Shown: in pieces, positions 8,618 through 18,008 of the stretch | Layout of the letters: the number at the start of each line of letters is the position of its first letter | Numbering within the stretch: the first letter of the stretch is position 1 | Source of the DNA: a bacterium | GTDB lineage: Bacteria; Patescibacteriota; Patescibacteriia; JBDRHN01 | DNA length: 55,545 nt | Direction: 5' to 3' | Assembly (NCBI GenBank): GCA_043816765.1 | Contig: JBDRHN010000065.1 | Coordinates: 1-55,545 of the forward strand | Position numbers and translations under genes: made by a program | Notes under the pieces: generated by a model | Databases searched by the model: none | The model's input: the letters and a program-made list of their open reading frames with translations, nothing else | What the model was told of the DNA's origin: nothing

Positions 8618-9481
8618 TCACAAAATAACACTATCATCCCCACCACCGGCAGTTTCCTCTTTCAAAATATAAACATCCCGCCTAAAATCATCTTGCCCCA
8701 CCAACTCCGCCTCGCCGTTTATAATTTTCTCCATTGGCCTGCAAGCAAAACACCCCTGCTTTGGGCAAGACATTTTATTCAACTGACGCGCAAGTTTTAT
8801 TCTTCTCGCTATCTCTAAAACTTTGTTCTTAGACTCCTCAACATCCGGCAACTCAACTTCAGTGCACCTGTTGTCAGTTTCCAGATACCAATAACTCGCT
8901 TTTGCAACATTCCTTTTTTGACAATTCCGCGCCAAAAGATTATATATCGGAAGTTGTAATGAATCATCATTCTCCTTTTTTTTGCCAGTTTTAAAATCAA
9001 TAATATGCACGTTGTCTGTCTCCTGCAAATATTCAAGCCAGTCAATCTTTCCGCACAAAATCATATTCTCTTTTTCAGACAACCAAAAAAACGGCAAATC
9101 ATTATTAATTTTTACAGACAACCTCTCAATCGGTCCTGGATTATTATAAACCCTCTTCAACATCTCCTCCCCCCGTCTTTTATATTTATACTCGCTCTCC
9201 GGATCCAAAAAACCCCCTTTTTTACCCGACACCTTTTGCCACTCTTCGTCAAATTTTGTTATCAAAGATTTCGCAAAACGTTGCTCTTTTGGCAAGACAG
9301 AAAGACTTTCCAAAACATTGTGCACGCTTTGTCCCAAAGCAAGCGGCGGATTCATCAAATTAATCTTGTGTCCCGTTTTCGGGTCTTTATAAATATTTTT
9401 TAAATAATAAGCGCGAGGGCATTGTAAAAAATCGCTTATTGAAGAATGCGAAAGCCAAAGGGCTGTGTATTTGTCAGGCAT
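8618..9481 (-). CDS. PD-(D/E)XK nuclease, Cas4/AddB-like with a putative Fe-S cysteine cluster
   Basis: 287 aa with GKIDWLEY...IIDFKTGKK, QLPIYNLL, one N-terminal Cys (QCPRAY) and a C-terminal CPKQGCFAC. Confidence 0.7.
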   Translation of the reverse strand: MPDKYTALWLSHSSISDFLQCPRAYYLKNIYKDPKTGHKINLMNPPLALGQSVHNVLESLSVLPKEQRFAKSLITKFDEEWQKVSGKKGGFLDPESEYKYKRRGEEMLKRVYNNPGPIERLSVKINNDLPFFWLSEKENMILCGKIDWLEYLQETDNVHIIDFKTGKKKENDDSLQLPIYNLLARNCQKRNVAKASYWYLETDNRCTEVELPDVEESKNKVLEIARRIKLARQLNKMSCPKQGCFACRPMEKIINGEAELVGQDDFRRDVYILKEETAGGGDDSVIL

Positions 9482-9552
9482 ACTTTATAAATTTTTAATT
9501 TTTAATTTAAAATTTTAAAATAATTTTTAATGTTTTAATTTTTAATTTTTTT

Positions 9553-9612
9553 ACTTGCACCGTTCTGTTGGAATCTCTCGCTACTTGCGCTGCTCCGTTG
9601 GAGTCTCTCGCT
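9553..9612. repeat. Tandem 30-nt direct repeat (about 80 percent identical)
   Basis: ACTTGCACCGTTCTGTTGGAATCTCTCGCT followed by ACTTGCGCTGCTCCGTTGGAGTCTCTCGCT. Confidence 0.8.
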
Positions 9613-9691
9613 GTTGGGTGATAGAAATAATTTTAGATCAATTTATTATTTGTCATTAAATATAATTCTTAAGTCCAGCCAAGAGGACTCC

Positions 9692-9729
9692 AACGAGGTT
9701 TTGCAACCACAACGAGGTTTTGCAACCAC
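9692..9729. repeat. Perfect tandem duplication of a 19-nt unit
   Basis: AACGAGGTTTTGCAACCAC x2. Each unit contains a GGTT-TTGC-AACC mini-hairpin. Confidence 0.85.
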
Positions 9730-9813
9730 ACGATATTTTTCACCTATAACCTTTGTATTTTTTCCTTTCATTAACCTTCCCTCCATTATGCCCCCCGCCA
9801 AACAAAAATGAAA

Positions 9814-9845
9814 ATAAAAAACCGCCAAATTGGCGGTTTTTTTTA
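9814..9845 (-). terminator. Rho-independent (bidirectional) terminator after the giant surface-protein gene
   Basis: A-run, ACCGCCA-AAT-TGGCGGT (9821-9837), T-run. It starts 5 nt beyond the stop codon at 9850-9852. Confidence 0.8.
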
Positions 9846-9849
9846 ACAT

Positions 9850-12800
9850 TTACCTCGTCGCTCCGCTATAAGCTATCGCTCTTACAATATCCCAATCGGT
9901 TGCTGATGCGGGGTTGTATTTGAAAATAGCTTTAAAGAAATTGGCCGCAATCTTTTCGTTGCCCAGATTTCTATCAGACGGTCTGAGACCATAAGCGATT
10001 ACAGTCACTGCCGCGTTATCATTTGGGTTAGCCATATTGGCTTCTTTTTTGTAGATTTTTTTAAATTCTTCTTTAGCTTTAACCTCTGCCGCAGAATTAG
10101 TTTCACTAGGCCATCTGCCGTTGGCAATTTTCACCACGTCTTCCCACTCGGCTTGGCTTGACGGCAATTTTCCAAAAGCGCTTTTATAGGAATTAATCAC
10201 GCCAGCCCGCTCTCCCACTCCAAGAGTTTGAGTTGTCTTGGTTCCGTAGACAACAAAATTAGTAATGGCGTAAATATTATTTGATGACAAACCGACTGCG
10301 CCGCTGGTCAATTTTGAAGTGTAATCTTTGTAGCCGTCGCTTTCAGCCTTGAAGTCGCGCTTTGAATCTGTATTAGCAAGCGTTAAAACAACATTCCCGT
10401 CGTAAACATCATTGGCGTCTTGCGCTATATCCGCCAACTGAACTTCACGCTCATCAAACTCAACGCCCAAAACTTTCACTTCATATTTGTCAAGAATTTC
10501 GTCAAGGATTTGTTTAAATTTTATTTCAGGTTTTACTTCAATGATTACCGGTTTGGCGCGATTGGAGTTATTATCAAAAGCGACCAAGCCGTAATAATAA
10601 TTCTTGCCCTCTTCAATTTCGGTGTCAATATATTGTTTGTCTTTGCCTTGGTATATCTCTTTTCCCTTGGTCTTTAGCTGTGTTAATGTCATACTCCCGT
10701 CAATAGTTTCTAAACTTTTGACCAACACAACATCTCTAAAATCAGAATCGCTCGGATTTGTCCAGCTGATAACAATCTGCTTGCCATCTCTTTTTGCTTG
10801 AAAATCCTTTGGTTGAGATGGAGGAGTTCTATCTATAAAAATTCCTCCGCCTCCTCCGCTTGACGGCTGAACTGCGATTACGGTTTGGGTGTAGGTGATA
10901 AATTTGGTAAAATGTTTTGTCCAGATGATTAAATCAGAACCGACCTTAATTTTACAATCGCCGTCAGCTGTCAAAGCATCGCCGACCGATTGAGTGTCTG
11001 ACCCGCAAGTTTGAGTAATTCGGGTAAATGTTCCGCTTCTGGAATAACCTGCATATCTGCCAGCTTGATTTTTTAATTCAATCCTTACCGCTTTGTCAAA
11101 ATTTAATTTGACATCGTCAAATCCTATTTCAATGACTGAAGAAACGTTTGCGGTCTTGCCTGAATCGGGCGTGACAGTAACACTGGAATTTTCTTTAACT
11201 TGCGGAAAATTGATCTCTCCGGTCCAGTTTGAGTCGGCTGAAATTTGTCCTGCTGGTATCGCAACATTTACATCGCCGATACTGGTGGCGGATTGAATAG
11301 TGATATTTGTTTGGAGGTCAACGTTTTTGGTGTCGGTGCCGCTTAATAATGCTGAAACGTTTAATGTCCCGTTGACGACCGAAGATGGCGCGATTATAGT
11401 AGAACCAGCTGGCGCGTTACTTCCGATTAATACTTCTGGCGCGGAAGTATCAAGACTTACCTCATCAGTTAGAACGGTTTGACTCTCTGCGACAGCGAAC
11501 ACTAAAATTGTTCGCTTAATCTCCGTTGCCTTATTCTCAGAAGAGTCGGCGGCATTATATGTAATAACATAAGTTCCGACTGTTGCTGTGTCAACTGTAT
11601 CGCCTCCGATATTGATCTTTACTTCAGTATCAAGATTATCTGTGGCAACAGCTCGCTCGGTATATATTGTGCCTTGATATATATTCATATCGCCGCCGTT
11701 TAGGGTAATTACTGGGGCAATGCTATCCTCTGTTATGGTAAAAACAGTTGAACTCACGCTTTCATTTCCCGCCAAATCCACGGCTATTGCTATAAAATTA
11801 TTGTCAGAATTTTGCGCAAGATTAACTTCTATTGAATAATCAGTTTCTCCTGTTCCTAATTGTTGGCTTCCAGCTAATTCGGTTCCCCTGTAAATTTCAA
11901 CCAAAGAATTATTTTCTGCTGTCCCAGTTATAGAATATGTGTCAGAATTTAAGATTATAGTTTCTGCTGGATTAACTATCGCTGGACTGTTTGGAGCAGT
12001 TAAATCTATTGTCCATGTTTCTGAAATTTCATCTGACCAATTTCCCGCATCATCTCTGCCTTTCACAAAAAGCGTATGCGCGCCGTTTGCTAAACCTGAT
12101 AAAACTATATTTGTGTCAATAGATATTTCTGCGCCATAACCAGCACCATCTAAATTATATTTATAAAAAACAATGCCGTCTCCGCTCACTGCAATATTGG
12201 CAGTTGTTTGATTGGTTGGGTTATTTGGCGTTCCCGAAAGAGTAGCAGTTGGAGGAATTGTGTCAGGAATTTCAGTCACTGTAATTGTTATTTCTTCAAA
12301 AGCAACTGCGTCTCCGTCGCTCACTTCAAAGCGAACATTTGAATATATTTCAGCTTGTCCAATATTAGGTGTCCAAGAAAATGTTTTGGTACCAGTGTCA
12401 AAATTAGCGCCTTCTGGCAAATTGCTGGCAGAATAAATTAAGTCGTCTCCGTCAACGTCAGTTGCTGAAATAGTGAATGTTAAAGCTTCACCTTCAACAA
12501 CTGTTTTATTGCCGATTAAATTCATTACTGGGGGGTTGTTTGGTGTTTCCGCTATGCTAAAACTAATTTCAAAATCGTCTGTGTTGTAGGTGTCTAGTTC
12601 ATCTTTACATTTAACATAATAAACATAACTTTGCCCGTCCACCAAATTAGTAATAGTTGCAGAATGAGCCGCCCCTCCCCCTGTCGCTAAAAATGTATTA
12701 GTCATTAAATGATATTCTATATTTTGTGTTACAGAATATTTACAAGTGGCATTTTCGTTTGTTGTTAAAGAGATTGAAGTTTGGGTTGTACCTGATGATA

Positions 12801-13686
12801 ATTGTCCAGTTGGCAAACCATCGCTACGAATTGGAGCGGTTGTGTCAACAATTATATAATGGTCAAGATACTCATCAAATATATTTCCAGCCTCATCTTT
12901 TATTTTTACTTTTATTTTATAATCTCCATCAACTAGTGTTCCTGATGACAATGAACCATCCCAAGTTTCTACACACTGTGAATTTCCATCGCAATCATCA
13001 CTAGGAGAATAATATTTATATATTCCATCATCATCCACATTTTCTATTTTCAACGAAACCCAGTTATCAATATCCTCATCTGCATTTAATATAATTTCAA
13101 CCGTTTCGCTTGAATTTGGATTAAAGGTAGTATTGCTTTCAGCACCACTTAAAGTATAACTGGTAATTGTCGGAGGAGTTGTATCATTTAAAGCAATGAT
13201 TCCGTCGGTAAAAATGGTGGAAATGGAATTACCAGAACTATTTCCTATTACAGAAGAAGAATCAAAAGTAATATTAGTAGTTGTGGTATCTCCAGAAATT
13301 ACCTTAAAATTTAAATTTAACAATATATCCTCGCTATCAAAAGATATCGGATCCGCTCCAATTGAAGCAAACCAAAGAATTGTAATCTGATTTCCAGTTT
13401 GGCTAACAGTTGCTGGTGGCAACTGATCTAATGTGTGGTCAGTATATTCAAGAAAGTTTAAATCATAATTAACATATATAGTCACGCTACCAACATCCGA
13501 AAAAGAATTGCCAGCGGTAATTGGAATACTAATTGATTCGTTATTATTCGCAGTCGCATTTCCTATTATCAATTCCTCTCCAACAGCTTGTGTGACTGGA
13601 ACAAAAATTAAATTACAAGTAATCATTGACATTACAAGCATATAGCTTATAATTTTTTTGAATTTGTTTAATAATCTTTTTTTCAT
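9850..13686 (-). CDS. Giant secreted surface protein: signal/anchor, cohesin-like domain, multiple Ig-like/cadherin-like/DUF5011-like repeats, FN3, C-terminal repeat domain
   Basis: 1278 aa. N-terminal hydrophobic segment. Residues about 38-166 fit the cohesin pattern (SISIPITAGN..VTIYVNYD..LEY...ITILWFAS...LLNLNFKV). PPVMNLIGNKTVVEGEALTFTISATDVDGDDL is a putative-Ig/cadherin-like repeat. PPSQPKDFQA...YYYGLVAFD is FN3-like. Confidence 0.75.
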   Translation of the reverse strand: MKKRLLNKFKKIISYMLVMSMITCNLIFVPVTQAVGEELIIGNATANNNESISIPITAGNSFSDVGSVTIYVNYDLNFLEYTDHTLDQLPPATVSQTGNQITILWFASIGADPISFDSEDILLNLNFKVISGDTTTTNITFDSSSVIGNSSGNSISTIFTDGIIALNDTTPPTITSYTLSGAESNTTFNPNSSETVEIILNADEDIDNWVSLKIENVDDDGIYKYYSPSDDCDGNSQCVETWDGSLSSGTLVDGDYKIKVKIKDEAGNIFDEYLDHYIIVDTTAPIRSDGLPTGQLSSGTTQTSISLTTNENATCKYSVTQNIEYHLMTNTFLATGGGAAHSATITNLVDGQSYVYYVKCKDELDTYNTDDFEISFSIAETPNNPPVMNLIGNKTVVEGEALTFTISATDVDGDDLIYSASNLPEGANFDTGTKTFSWTPNIGQAEIYSNVRFEVSDGDAVAFEEITITVTEIPDTIPPTATLSGTPNNPTNQTTANIAVSGDGIVFYKYNLDGAGYGAEISIDTNIVLSGLANGAHTLFVKGRDDAGNWSDEISETWTIDLTAPNSPAIVNPAETIILNSDTYSITGTAENNSLVEIYRGTELAGSQQLGTGETDYSIEVNLAQNSDNNFIAIAVDLAGNESVSSTVFTITEDSIAPVITLNGGDMNIYQGTIYTERAVATDNLDTEVKINIGGDTVDTATVGTYVITYNAADSSENKATEIKRTILVFAVAESQTVLTDEVSLDTSAPEVLIGSNAPAGSTIIAPSSVVNGTLNVSALLSGTDTKNVDLQTNITIQSATSIGDVNVAIPAGQISADSNWTGEINFPQVKENSSVTVTPDSGKTANVSSVIEIGFDDVKLNFDKAVRIELKNQAGRYAGYSRSGTFTRITQTCGSDTQSVGDALTADGDCKIKVGSDLIIWTKHFTKFITYTQTVIAVQPSSGGGGGIFIDRTPPSQPKDFQAKRDGKQIVISWTNPSDSDFRDVVLVKSLETIDGSMTLTQLKTKGKEIYQGKDKQYIDTEIEEGKNYYYGLVAFDNNSNRAKPVIIEVKPEIKFKQILDEILDKYEVKVLGVEFDEREVQLADIAQDANDVYDGNVVLTLANTDSKRDFKAESDGYKDYTSKLTSGAVGLSSNNIYAITNFVVYGTKTTQTLGVGERAGVINSYKSAFGKLPSSQAEWEDVVKIANGRWPSETNSAAEVKAKEEFKKIYKKEANMANPNDNAAVTVIAYGLRPSDRNLGNEKIAANFFKAIFKYNPASATDWDIVRAIAYSGATR

Positions 13687-13724
13687 AAGTTTAATTTAAA
13701 GTTAAATTTTTAATATATATAAAT

Positions 13725-16250
13725 TTAATTATTGTTCCATGAATTATTTACATCCCCCATCTTAACACCTGTAAAATTTTGATTAGTCATATCAGCTGTT
13801 AAATCAGTATATGTCTTGGACGGCTCTTCTGTCAAATAATTTTCTTCAGTCAAAACAGTATCGGAAGAATAAAACTTCCAATCACCGCTTGGCAATTCGC
13901 TATCAAACCCAACAATATATCTAACTATTTTTGTTAAATCAAGTCCATTAATTTTTCCTGTTTCATCAGCATCAGATGCAACTATTTTAAATATAGAATC
14001 AAATGTTTCAAGCCCTGTTATATGACGAACTATTTTTGTCAGATCAAGACCATTGACTTCAGTTGAAGTAATAGCATCATCTTTCTCAATTTTAACAACA
14101 TAATTCTCTCCATTTTCTAATCCTGTAAATTCATAATAACCACTTGCATCAGTTATAGCAACAGCTATTTGCGCGCCAACATTATTTTCCAAAATTACAG
14201 TAGAATTTGGAACCGCTTTTATTCCATCATAATATTTTACTGTTCCCGAGATTGTAAAATTTTCCGAAGTCAAAGAGTTCAAGGCGTTAAAAGCGTTGAT
14301 TCTTTTGCCACTAACTGTCTTGCCCAATAAATCAACGTTATCATCGCCTGTTGTTAAAATTACATTTTTAACTTCGCTATAAGTCAATTCCGGACGATAC
14401 CCCCAAATCAATCCTGCCAGTCCCGCAACGTGCGGGGCGACCATTGAGGTGCCACTTTTATAACCATACTGTTCATCTGATCCATCGGAATATTTTGTAA
14501 TTTTTATGTCATCAATTGTACATCCTAAATTATAATCAATTGACGAATCAGTTATCCAATCAAAACTAAACTTAAAATCACTTGATAGATAATTTGAAAT
14601 ATCCTCACTATAATTTTTATAATAACCACTATGACCATCGTCTGTCCATTGTTTACCACCATCTAAAAAAATTTTAAATTCATCATATTTATTAGAATCA
14701 TGCCAAAATCCATTAGAATAGTAATAGGTATTTATATAATCATCATAAGTAATGCTAATTGGAGTATCACACCAAATAGTAAAACTTAAAGAGGCACTGC
14801 TGATATTAGAATCCGATAAATCCAATGCATCACTTTGCAATAACCAAGTATGTGCATCTGAATCATATGGATATGAATTATCAGAATAAACTACCTTGGA
14901 AGAACCATCATTATTTACAACCCAATGACTTGTTGTGTCTCCTCCGTGACTAACGATATAAGTATCCTCCTCAAAATTTTCTGAAAATAAATCAACGCCT
15001 GCTACAGTACTATAAATACCAACTCCAGGTGCGCCGACATCAACAGACGTCGCTCCATAATTGGAAAATGAAGCCAACTCATCATTTTGATCAGTCGCTG
15101 CTACTGAGATGATATTATCTAAATCATAATCAGACGGATAATAATGTGTGCCATCATTGTTGTTTGCATCGTTTCCGGCAGCGGCTATAAATATACCACC
15201 CGCATCTCTAAAACGACCTATTGCATCATATTCAGCTTGGGTAGAATTAGAGCCACCGAAACTAGCGTTAATAACTTTAACTCCATTGTGTATCGCAAAA
15301 TCAATCGCTTTTACAACATCACCAGTTACAGCGCCTTTGTAATTGCCAACTTTCAATGCCATTAATTTGACATTCCAACTAATTCCAGACACACCAATAC
15401 CATTATCCCCTTCTGCACCAATAGTTCCAGCCACATGGGTTCCGTGCCCATGATCATCAATTGGGTTATTATCGTTGTTTGTATAATCCCAACCATGATA
15501 AGGGCAAGATACATTTTGATTATTTTCATTTTTACAACCAGTAGCACCATCCCACATATTGTTTATCAAATCCGGATGATTGTACGCTATACCACTATCC
15601 AAAACAGCTACAACAACCGAAGCAGATCCAGTTGAAATATCCCAAGCCTCTGGCGCGTCAATATCAACATCATTTGTGTTATGCAATCCCCATAATTTAT
15701 CAAAATCAAGATCGTTGGGGGTTGTTGATGTCCATGGATGAATATAATTAGGCTCAACATATTCAACGTCTGGATCATTTTTTAGTCTGTCAACCATCTC
15801 TTCAACAGACTCATCACTTTTAGTTTTCAAAACCGAAATATTGCTTTTTCTAATATCCTCTTTTTTGTCCAAATTTTTACTCTCAGCAAACAACCGCGAT
15901 TTTTTAATACCTGCAGATTGTCGTAAATTTATTTTTTGATTTTTAAATTTGACCAAAACTTCACCTTGAACATAACTTTGTTTGACAGTATTATTAGCCT
16001 TGGTCGTTGGCAAAAATTTATTAAAATTATCTTTTGGGCTTTTTGTCGGCTGATTTTTTAATTTTTTATCAACCAAATTACGCTCGACAGCGGATAATGC
16101 TTTTTGTTGAGATTGCAAACGGCTTAACACCTCATTTTCATCTGACGAGACCGCCTCGCCAGCTTTCGCTCTAGTCATATTGGCGGAACTAATCGGCGCA
16201 AGCCCAAAAAGATAAACCACTACCAAAATAGTTGTAAATATTCTTTTCAT
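13725..16250 (-). CDS. Secreted S8 (subtilisin-family) serine peptidase with I9 propeptide, inserted beta-rich domain, CarboxypepD_reg-like domain and C-terminal dockerin-like repeats
   Basis: 841 aa. Signal peptide; catalytic D218 (VAVLDSG), H269 (HGHGTHVAG) and S602 (SGTSMVAPH). Duplicated NGLDLTKIVR[HY]I.G segments, the second preceded by DADETGKI. Confidence 0.9.
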   Translation of the reverse strand: MKRIFTTILVVVYLFGLAPISSANMTRAKAGEAVSSDENEVLSRLQSQQKALSAVERNLVDKKLKNQPTKSPKDNFNKFLPTTKANNTVKQSYVQGEVLVKFKNQKINLRQSAGIKKSRLFAESKNLDKKEDIRKSNISVLKTKSDESVEEMVDRLKNDPDVEYVEPNYIHPWTSTTPNDLDFDKLWGLHNTNDVDIDAPEAWDISTGSASVVVAVLDSGIAYNHPDLINNMWDGATGCKNENNQNVSCPYHGWDYTNNDNNPIDDHGHGTHVAGTIGAEGDNGIGVSGISWNVKLMALKVGNYKGAVTGDVVKAIDFAIHNGVKVINASFGGSNSTQAEYDAIGRFRDAGGIFIAAAGNDANNNDGTHYYPSDYDLDNIISVAATDQNDELASFSNYGATSVDVGAPGVGIYSTVAGVDLFSENFEEDTYIVSHGGDTTSHWVVNNDGSSKVVYSDNSYPYDSDAHTWLLQSDALDLSDSNISSASLSFTIWCDTPISITYDDYINTYYYSNGFWHDSNKYDEFKIFLDGGKQWTDDGHSGYYKNYSEDISNYLSSDFKFSFDWITDSSIDYNLGCTIDDIKITKYSDGSDEQYGYKSGTSMVAPHVAGLAGLIWGYRPELTYSEVKNVILTTGDDNVDLLGKTVSGKRINAFNALNSLTSENFTISGTVKYYDGIKAVPNSTVILENNVGAQIAVAITDASGYYEFTGLENGENYVVKIEKDDAITSTEVNGLDLTKIVRHITGLETFDSIFKIVASDADETGKINGLDLTKIVRYIVGFDSELPSGDWKFYSSDTVLTEENYLTEEPSKTYTDLTADMTNQNFTGVKMGDVNNSWNNN

Positions 16251-16275
16251 AATTTATCATTTAAAATTCCCGTCG

Positions 16276-16347
16276 CAGCCCGTAGGGGAATCGAACCCCT
16301 ATTACATGGATGAGAACCATGCGTCCTAACCATTAGACGAACGGGCC
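16276..16347 (-). tRNA. tRNA-Glu(CUC): tRNA-Glu (anticodon CUC)
   Basis: The reverse complement GGCCCGTTCGTCTAATGGTTAGGACGCATGGTTCTCATCCATGTAATAGGGGTTCGATTCCCCTACGGGCTG folds as a cloverleaf. Anticodon loop TTCTCAT, T-loop TTCGATT, no encoded CCA. Confidence 0.9.
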
Positions 16348-16455
16348 AAATTATTACAAAAAATAAAAAACCTTGTCCCAATTTAATGAAACAAAAATAC
16401 TTTACATTATTTATTATAATTAATCAATGGGACGCAAAATTTTGCGCCCCTACGA

Positions 16456-17724
16456 TTATTTCCCGCAATTAATCAAGAGATGTTTAGAAAGTAGCGGATC
16501 AGCCATCAGCTCTTTTACAATCTTTTCCATTTCCATCGCCGCCGAACCGGTAATGAGAACAACATCATTCTTCTCCAATCTTTTTTGTAAAAATTTACCC
16601 GCGCCAAGAACATCATCAAAAGAAAACACCTTATCCTCTTCCATTCCAGCCTCTCTCGCGGCAACAGCAACATCTTTTGAACGTTCCCCGACAGTAATTA
16701 TTTTATCAATCCCCCGCTCTTCCGCATAATGGCCGATTTCTCTGTGAATATCCTCGCTCATATTTCCCAAATCCATAATATCGCCGATAACAGCATAACT
16801 TTCAACATTCTCTTTCAACGGAATTAAAGCCAAAGAACCCAAAGCGGCTTTCACAGAAACAGAAGACGAAGAAAACGTATCGTCAATAATCAGAGTATTT
16901 TTAATCCCCTTTAACAATCTCATCCTCCCCGCGGGCGGATGATATTCTCTCAAATTATTAGAAATCTCGCTCAAATTCATCTGATATACCAATCCGCACA
17001 TAATCGCCGCTAGAACAGAATAAATTTGATGCGTGCCCAAAATCTCGGGAATTAATATCGGGACAACACTCCCTTTGTAATTAATTTTAAAACTGATTCC
17101 CTTGATCGGCAACCCATCCGCTTCTTCGTTGTTTACTGAAATCGCCGGCTCATTTGCTTTTAAATCCGCATCATTAATAACCCCCAAAGTCATCATGCTC
17201 GCTTTAGTCTTCATCCCCTTCACCATCTCATCATCAACATTCAAAATAGCAATTCCGTCCTTTGGGAGCCTGCTTATCATAATTTCATATTCAGCGGCTA
17301 ATTTCTTGGCGCTGGAAAAAGCAGATGGTTGGACTGCTTCGCTGGATGTAATCATTCCTATATGAAAAGGAATATATTCAGTTAAACGTTCCAAATCTCC
17401 AGGCTTTTTTACATCAATCTCCAAAACCAAAATATCAGGATATTTTGAATCTTTAATAATCAATAATTTTAAAGCATGAAACACCAAAGAATACCAACCA
17501 CGCCTCTTGCTATCCGCGCCAATTATAGAGAAAATAATTTCAATTTTATTATTGCCTTTGCTTGAATTTTTACGGACATTAAACTTGCTGGACAAAACAG
17601 AATATATCGCTTCTTGCGTTGTTGTCTTCCCAACACTGCCAACAATGCCAATAACATCAGGATGATATTTCTTTAAAATTTTTTTGCTCAAACTGTATAA
17701 AAATTTTGTTTTAAACGTTTCCAT
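16456..17724 (-). CDS. murF: Mur ligase family protein, MurF-like (UDP-MurNAc-tripeptide--D-Ala-D-Ala ligase)
   Basis: 422 aa with P-loop GIVGSVGKTTT and C-terminal IIDDTFSSSSVSVKAAL resembling the MurF IDDSYNANP region. Sits in dcw context downstream of ftsI. Confidence 0.6.
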   Translation of the reverse strand: METFKTKFLYSLSKKILKKYHPDVIGIVGSVGKTTTQEAIYSVLSSKFNVRKNSSKGNNKIEIIFSIIGADSKRRGWYSLVFHALKLLIIKDSKYPDILVLEIDVKKPGDLERLTEYIPFHIGMITSSEAVQPSAFSSAKKLAAEYEIMISRLPKDGIAILNVDDEMVKGMKTKASMMTLGVINDADLKANEPAISVNNEEADGLPIKGISFKINYKGSVVPILIPEILGTHQIYSVLAAIMCGLVYQMNLSEISNNLREYHPPAGRMRLLKGIKNTLIIDDTFSSSSVSVKAALGSLALIPLKENVESYAVIGDIMDLGNMSEDIHREIGHYAEERGIDKIITVGERSKDVAVAAREAGMEEDKVFSFDDVLGAGKFLQKRLEKNDVVLITGSAAMEMEKIVKELMADPLLSKHLLINCGK

Positions 17725-17794
17725 AGGTTTATAGAGAGTTAGTCCAAAGTGATATTTGGCGAGAGTCCTCTTATTTCGTGTGGATTATAATATA

Positions 17795-18008
17795 TTAATT
17801 AAAAATTGAAATATCAAAATGAAAAATTACAGTTTAAAATGTTAAAATTTATAAACAACAAATGATTCTTAGTTTCCAATTTGCGGGTGGAAAATGGCTC
17901 TTCTCCCACTGGTTTTTATTAATCTTAAATTTGTGCATTAATAATTCAAAAAGACATTTTTAAATTTTAAATTGTCATTTTTCATTTTGAGATCTACATT
18001 TTTAATTT
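17795..18008. repeat. About 210-nt spacer bounded by long AT-rich inverted repeats (murF-ftsI spacer)
   Basis: AAAAATTGAAATATCAAAATGAAAAATTACAGTTTAAAAT on the left is roughly complementary to ATTTTAAATTGTCATTTTTCATTTTGAGATCTACATTTTTAATTTT on the right. Confidence 0.55.

Noticed and set aside
8618-8620. Alternative genetic code (UGA as sense, as in some CPR lineages).
   Set aside because: TGA terminates well-defined ORFs at family-typical lengths (8618, 7903, 22502, 52945), and long ORFs are intact under the standard code.
9614-9849. ORFs 9614..9811 (+) and 9646..9849 (-) in the repeat-rich spacer.
   Set aside because: They overlap each other and the terminator, are made of repeat sequence and lack protein-like features. 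The region is treated as non-coding.
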